Positions 61,151-64,000 of a DNA stretch of 64,000 bases are shown piece by piece. The stretch lies in contig NW_027271318.1 of assembly GCF_040938485.1 (NCBI RefSeq), positions 434,001-498,000 on the forward strand, in the 5' to 3' direction. The notes beneath the pieces are model-generated. The model ran no database searches. It was given only the letters and a program-made list of their open reading frames with translations, and was not told the origin of the DNA. Both the position numbers and the translations under genes were made by a program. Position 1 is the stretch's first letter; each line of letters starts with the position of its first letter. The DNA comes from Diadema antillarum (Eukaryota).

Positions 61151-64000
61151 TTTCGAGCTCTCTGTCATCGGATGTCCACTTCTTGCATACAACCACAGAA
61201 CTCAGTGGCACACAATAAAATGCACACAACTAGCTACACAATGGTCGATCACACCATTACCACAAGAGGGCAGCCTACTAGTACTAGTAATTTGAGCTGC
61301 CGACTGACATGCAGTGTTGCAATGTGTCCGATTATTATCAATTTTCTTGGGAAATCCCAATTTTGACAGTGAAGAGACGAAAACATCCCCCTGCCCCCGC
61401 GGAAGTATGTTCAGCGCTCAGGAGCTTCTCATCCGATGCAAAATACATTGTATTACCATGAATGAAAGAAGGACCAGAAGGAGAGTACCACCAATATGCA
61501 CACACGCACAGAGTACATGCTTTGACTTCTAGGAAAATGACAAGATAAAGAATGCAAATACTGTATTATCATTACTGTAATCATCATTGATCCTTATTGC
61601 CTTCTAGAACTTCAGGCATTGTGAAGTATTGGAGGAGGATGCTTGAAGAACAAGGTGTTTGGTTGTATTTTCCTGATACTTATCTTCAGCAGGGTTAAGA
61701 GAATTTCAGGTGGTCATAATACACAAGGCTAAAGCACACATGCACACACACACACATGCACACACGCAAACAAGAAACCTTTGAAAACTCGGAAAGAAAA
61801 TATGAACATCTTTAAGATGGCAATGTCAAATATAACAGTTGCATATCATACATGTACCTGTTTATTTGAAATCTTAATATAGATTATTTTAGCCAAAAAA
61901 AAAAAATGTTGATGTTTGACCTAATGTGTATGCGTGCATGCACGTGTGGCAATTTCATTAATCAGAAAGAGGTCAAAACAAGTGTTTTATTCTTGGAAAA
62001 GCAAAATTAGAATAAAACTCTGATCTGTGCCACAGAAAGGGAATCACATCTTGACAAAACACACAAGGTGTTTATAAAATTTTTAGCAACATGTTCATAT
62101 TTAATTGTTAGGTAAGAGATGCACTTTTCATGCAAATTTGGGGTTCTCTCTTTTCCTACATACAAGAAAACATAAACAAATCAAGACAGTGAACAAATGT
62201 ACTCAAAACAGGTTAATATTGAACACCATGTGCATTTATTAAAATATGTTCCAATTCAACTTTTCAAGTCACAACTGAAATATAAAATAACACTGAAAAT
62301 AAAGCTTCATCACCCTTAAGGAACTTGCATTCACTGTATGTAAACATGTTCTCAATTCTGAATGTATTGAGTTTTTCAACATATACCAGCACAGAGGATT
62401 TGCATTTTTACCCCCTTCTGGTGGAGGGAGAAAAAAATCCATTACGATGCAAAATAGAAGTTACACATTCATGGCCAACACAACATCATCAATACATCAA
62501 TTTACACAAATACATTTCCATGGTGCTACTCAATTTTTTAATGTGTCCATTTCTAAGTAAATAACAGTGTACACCATCTGTGCCAGCCACAAAGGAAAGG
62601 AATACTATGAGTTGCTCATTGAACCCAGTCCCAATGAGGACTCTGAAATACGAGTTCACAGTAGCTACAAAATACACCATCCACTAGTTAAAATTGTACA
62701 AACCAGTACGATTTCTTCTTCTTTTTCTTTAAACTTACATCTCAAATGTCACTTAAGATCATCAGCCAGATCAACACAACATATCAAGAAATCTGAAAAT
62801 TACATTGTAACATATATAGGCCTACCAAGTGTCCTTGGCTAGCAGTTTGATACCAGTAACAAAGAAAAAAAGATATGCTCACAGGTTGCACATATCTTTT
62901 TGCAAAGGACAAAACATGAAATAAGGACCAGTCATCTGATCAAGGTAGCTTGGCAGGACAACTAACATGTTTAAGCCATTGCATCATTCACTTTAATGGT
63001 CACTCACCCTGATGTCTACCCCGACACATACGGGTGACTTTACTTGAACAGGAAAATAAAAGACAAATGAACCAGTTCCCTTTTCTCTGATTTGCAAATG
63101 AAGAGTTTGTTCGCAAAAACCAATAAGTCCATTTTTGAAGATTTTGAAGTACAGTCTCTGTCATAAAGTACAAAAAAAAAAAAAAAAAAATACCTTTTAA
63201 ATGATATACTGGTCACTACATATAAAGGTACATTTTTGAATTTATGGTCAAAAGAAACACAAATTCTCTTATTATTCTCTTTATTTTTCTTGACCTTTAA
63301 TCGCAAATATCTCCATTTGGCAAATATGGACTTATCGGTTTTTGCAAATAAACTCTTCAAATGTTTCTGGTTTTACAGTACCTTGCAGATATCAGTAACA
63401 GCAAGTAGCTTCAAACACAAGCTCCTTGGTAACAGTTAGTATTTAATGATAAATCCTGGAGGCCTTCACATGCAGTTGCTTCAGCAGCAAATTCTGCATG
63501 ACTGACAGCCGAAAGAGTGCATGCATGCCGATAGTCCAGATTCTGGATGTTTCTATAATTCACAACCCCAACCATCTGCACATGACCTGTCATTGTGAGT
63601 ACACCTCAGGTCATCATATATTACGTCCATGAGCCTGCTGCCCCGAAACGGAGGTTTCCACATACTACGCTGTCAGATATGGCAACTGCTCTATTCTTTC
63701 TTATACCACCCAGTACAGCAGCAAAAAGACATTTCAGTCAGTGGACTAGCATACTAGTAGCATTGTCACCAACTAGTGGAGCCACTGAAGAGGATAACAC
63801 ATCCCTTTAATACATATACAGCTGATCACTCTGTCAAAGTCAGCATGAATAAGTGAATACGACATAATCACTTATCATTCAGCCTAGCCTCTTTTATTGA
63901 TGACATTTTAATCCTTTCCCCCCATTTTTGTTTAATCTACAGCCAGAGTCCTATTTTTTTTTAAAAATCTATAGCCAATGTGTACAATGGACACTAATCA

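Noticed and set aside
61300-64000. Additional gene at the right end, including ORF 63595-63810
   Set aside because: No recognisable protein motif. The strand skew looks like a minus-strand 3' UTR of a gene outside the window, but this cannot be supported from sequence alone.

Overview
This is eukaryotic, AT-rich, intron-rich genomic DNA from an invertebrate deuterostome, most likely an echinoderm such as a sea urchin (inferred from gene style and repeat types). It has one 131-N assembly gap. I reconstructed five host genes by hand from GT-AG boundaries and phase-consistent reading frames. (1) First coding exon of a Mondo/MLXIP-family bHLH-ZIP gene on the minus strand; the rest lies left of the window. 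(2) Complete 5-exon EMG1/NEP1 (+, 239 aa). (3) Unannotated-looking 3-exon gene (+, 180 aa) for an N-terminally anchored SRPBCC/START-like protein. (4) 9-exon XNDC1N-like gene (+, about 930 aa) combining an XRCC1-N domain, two DEK-C-like repeats, an RG-rich region and a C-terminal UBZ-type zinc finger. (5) DNTTIP1 with 10 coding exons (-, 371 aa). Non-coding space is rich in mobile DNA: a 5'-truncated but frame-intact CR1/L2-type LINE nested in a Helentron-type (HINE/DINE-1-like) element, a second HINE with about 8 x 158-bp tandem units, a canonical non-autonomous Helitron, hAT-like MITEs with 6-bp and 5-bp TSDs, Kolobok-like and Tc1/mariner-like MITEs, and several long fold-back palindromes. 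The most notable observations are the extended XNDC1N architecture with an intron-spanning domain duplication, the anchored SRPBCC gene, fold-back elements with unrelated arms but shared loop and terminal motifs, rolling-circle elements with long flank duplications, and a TAACGTTA/CTAG-rich signature in first introns. All homology calls come from motif recognition, not database searches.
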